Below, piece after piece: positions 58,795-60,001 of a stretch of DNA of 60,001 bases (position 1 is the first letter of the stretch; each line of letters starts with the position of its first letter). The notes beneath the pieces were generated by a model, which saw only the letters and a program-made list of their open reading frames with translations, did not search any database and was not told the DNA's origin. This DNA is from an uncultured bacterium (GTDB taxonomy: Bacteria; SAR324; NAC60-12), in contig CBFIJD010000001.1 of assembly GCA_965662845.1 (NCBI GenBank), forward strand, positions 1-60,001, in the 5' to 3' direction. Position numbers and translations under genes: made by a program.

Positions 58795-60001
58795 ATGTCT
58801 AAGTCGGCTAGCGATACTCCGATGATGCGTCAGTTTTATGACGCCAAACGTCAACATCCCGATAAAATTCTCTTTTTTCGGATGGGAGACTTCTACGAAA
58901 TGTTCGGGGAAGATGCGGTGGTCGCTTCACCAATCCTGCAAATTGCGCTGACCTCTCGCAACAAAAGCCAAGCCGACGCAATCCCCATGTGCGGAGTCCC
59001 TTACCGAGCGTATGAGTCCTATCTGAATAAACTGACGGCGGCAGGACACAAAGTCGCCATCTGTGAACAAACCGAAGACCCCGCCCAAGCAAAGGGCCTG
59101 GTGCAGCGCGAAATCGTCCGCATCGTCACGCCAGGCACAACCGTCTCGCAGCAGCTTCTGCCCCCAGATGAAAATCATTATTTACTGACGCTTCTGTGGC
59201 AAACCAAGCCCGCCGGCATTGGGGTCGCGCTAGCAGATGTCTCTACGGGAGAGCTGGAAGTGACCGAGTTTTCTTTGGAAGAAACGAGCCCCCTGTTGGA
59301 CTTTCTCTCTCAGTGGAAGCCGCGTGAAATTCTATTGCCGGAGCCACGCACAGCAGCGGAGCACACAGCTCATGATCAGTTCCGTGTTAGTCTGCGTCGC
59401 TTGTTCCCAGATGACGCAGAAGCGCGCACCACTCAGGTCCCCGCTTACTGGTTTGATGAGAGCGCCTCTCGACAACGACTCCAGCAGCACTTTGGAACCC
59501 TCACTCTAGCAGGGTTTGGCATTGAGCATTTGCCGCGGGGCATCCGCGCAGCAGGAGCGCTCTTGAGCTATCTGGAAGACACACAGAAGTGCAGCTTGAA
59601 CCACATCGCCAGCATCCGGCAGCTTGTGCGCGACCAGACGATGCAGCTCGACGAAACCACGATTCGCAATCTGGAAATTTTTGAGAACTCAACCGGCCAA
59701 AAGCGACACACGCTCTATCATGTCCTAAATCGCACCGTGACCCCGATGGGAGCACGTCTGCTGCGTCAGTGGCTGCGTCAACCGCTCTTGGACGCTCAAG
59801 CGTTGCAGGGGCGCTATGACGCCGTGGAGGAACTACACCAAAACACTCGCTTGCTGCGTGACCTGCGCCAGCAATTGAGCCCAGTGCAAGATCTCCCACG
59901 CATCGCCGGACGCATCAGTTTGCCTGTGGTCGGCATCTCTGATCTGGTCGCGCTGCGCGCGTCTTTGGAACCTCTGCAGACCTTGCCTGCTTTGTTCCAA
60001 G
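58795..60001 (+). CDS. mutS: DNA mismatch repair protein MutS (5' part, runs off the window)
   Basis: Not in the ORF track because it has no stop in the window. Translated by hand from ATG 58795: MSKSASDTPMMRQFYDAKRQHPDKILFFRMGDFYEMF...PMCGVP...VAICEQ...REIVRIVTPGT...TPMGARLLRQW. Confidence 0.96.
   Translation, partial: MSKSASDTPMMRQFYDAKRQHPDKILFFRMGDFYEMFGEDAVVASPILQIALTSRNKSQADAIPMCGVPYRAYESYLNKLTAAGHKVAICEQTEDPAQAKGLVQREIVRIVTPGTTVSQQLLPPDENHYLLTLLWQTKPAGIGVALADVSTGELEVTEFSLEETSPLLDFLSQWKPREILLPEPRTAAEHTAHDQFRVSLRRLFPDDAEARTTQVPAYWFDESASRQRLQQHFGTLTLAGFGIEHLPRGIRAAGALLSYLEDTQKCSLNHIASIRQLVRDQTMQLDETTIRNLEIFENSTGQKRHTLYHVLNRTVTPMGARLLRQWLRQPLLDAQALQGRYDAVEELHQNTRLLRDLRQQLSPVQDLPRIAGRISLPVVGISDLVALRASLEPLQTLPALFQ

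Overview
Bacterial chromosomal window with no recognisable integrase, transposase, prophage or CRISPR array. The EF-G subtype and general gene style suggest a deltaproteobacteria-like lineage, possibly SAR324 (inference only). Housekeeping content: 6 tRNAs, RNase P RNA, fcl, trmL, ddl, cysK, pheT, sohB, tgt, lysA, an archaeal-looking glyA, a stand-alone EF-G, secE-nusG-rplKAJL and the 5' part of mutS. A ~19 kb cobalamin operon under a B12 riboswitch encodes both a CbiX chelatase (fused through a 29-His linker to CbiC/CobH) and CobN plus a ChlI/ChlD-like partner. The standout is a 1209-aa soluble chemoreceptor (25304-28933, minus strand) with two methyl-accepting signalling hairpins followed by four tandem photoactive yellow protein (PYP) domains. 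All four keep Tyr42/Glu46/Arg52/Cys69; copies 2-4 carry T50V, a 5-residue loop insertion and loss of Met100. It is a candidate multi-chromophore blue-light taxis receptor. Second highlight: a SiaA-SiaB-SiaC module whose output gene is a GAF-adenylate cyclase with a SiaD-like N-terminal helix instead of a diguanylate cyclase. Smaller signals: an orphan glycine-riboswitch-like RNA, a near-consensus sigma28 promoter before an unknown exported protein, and a probable CTG start for cbiD. All calls come from motif recognition by eye; no database searches were run.
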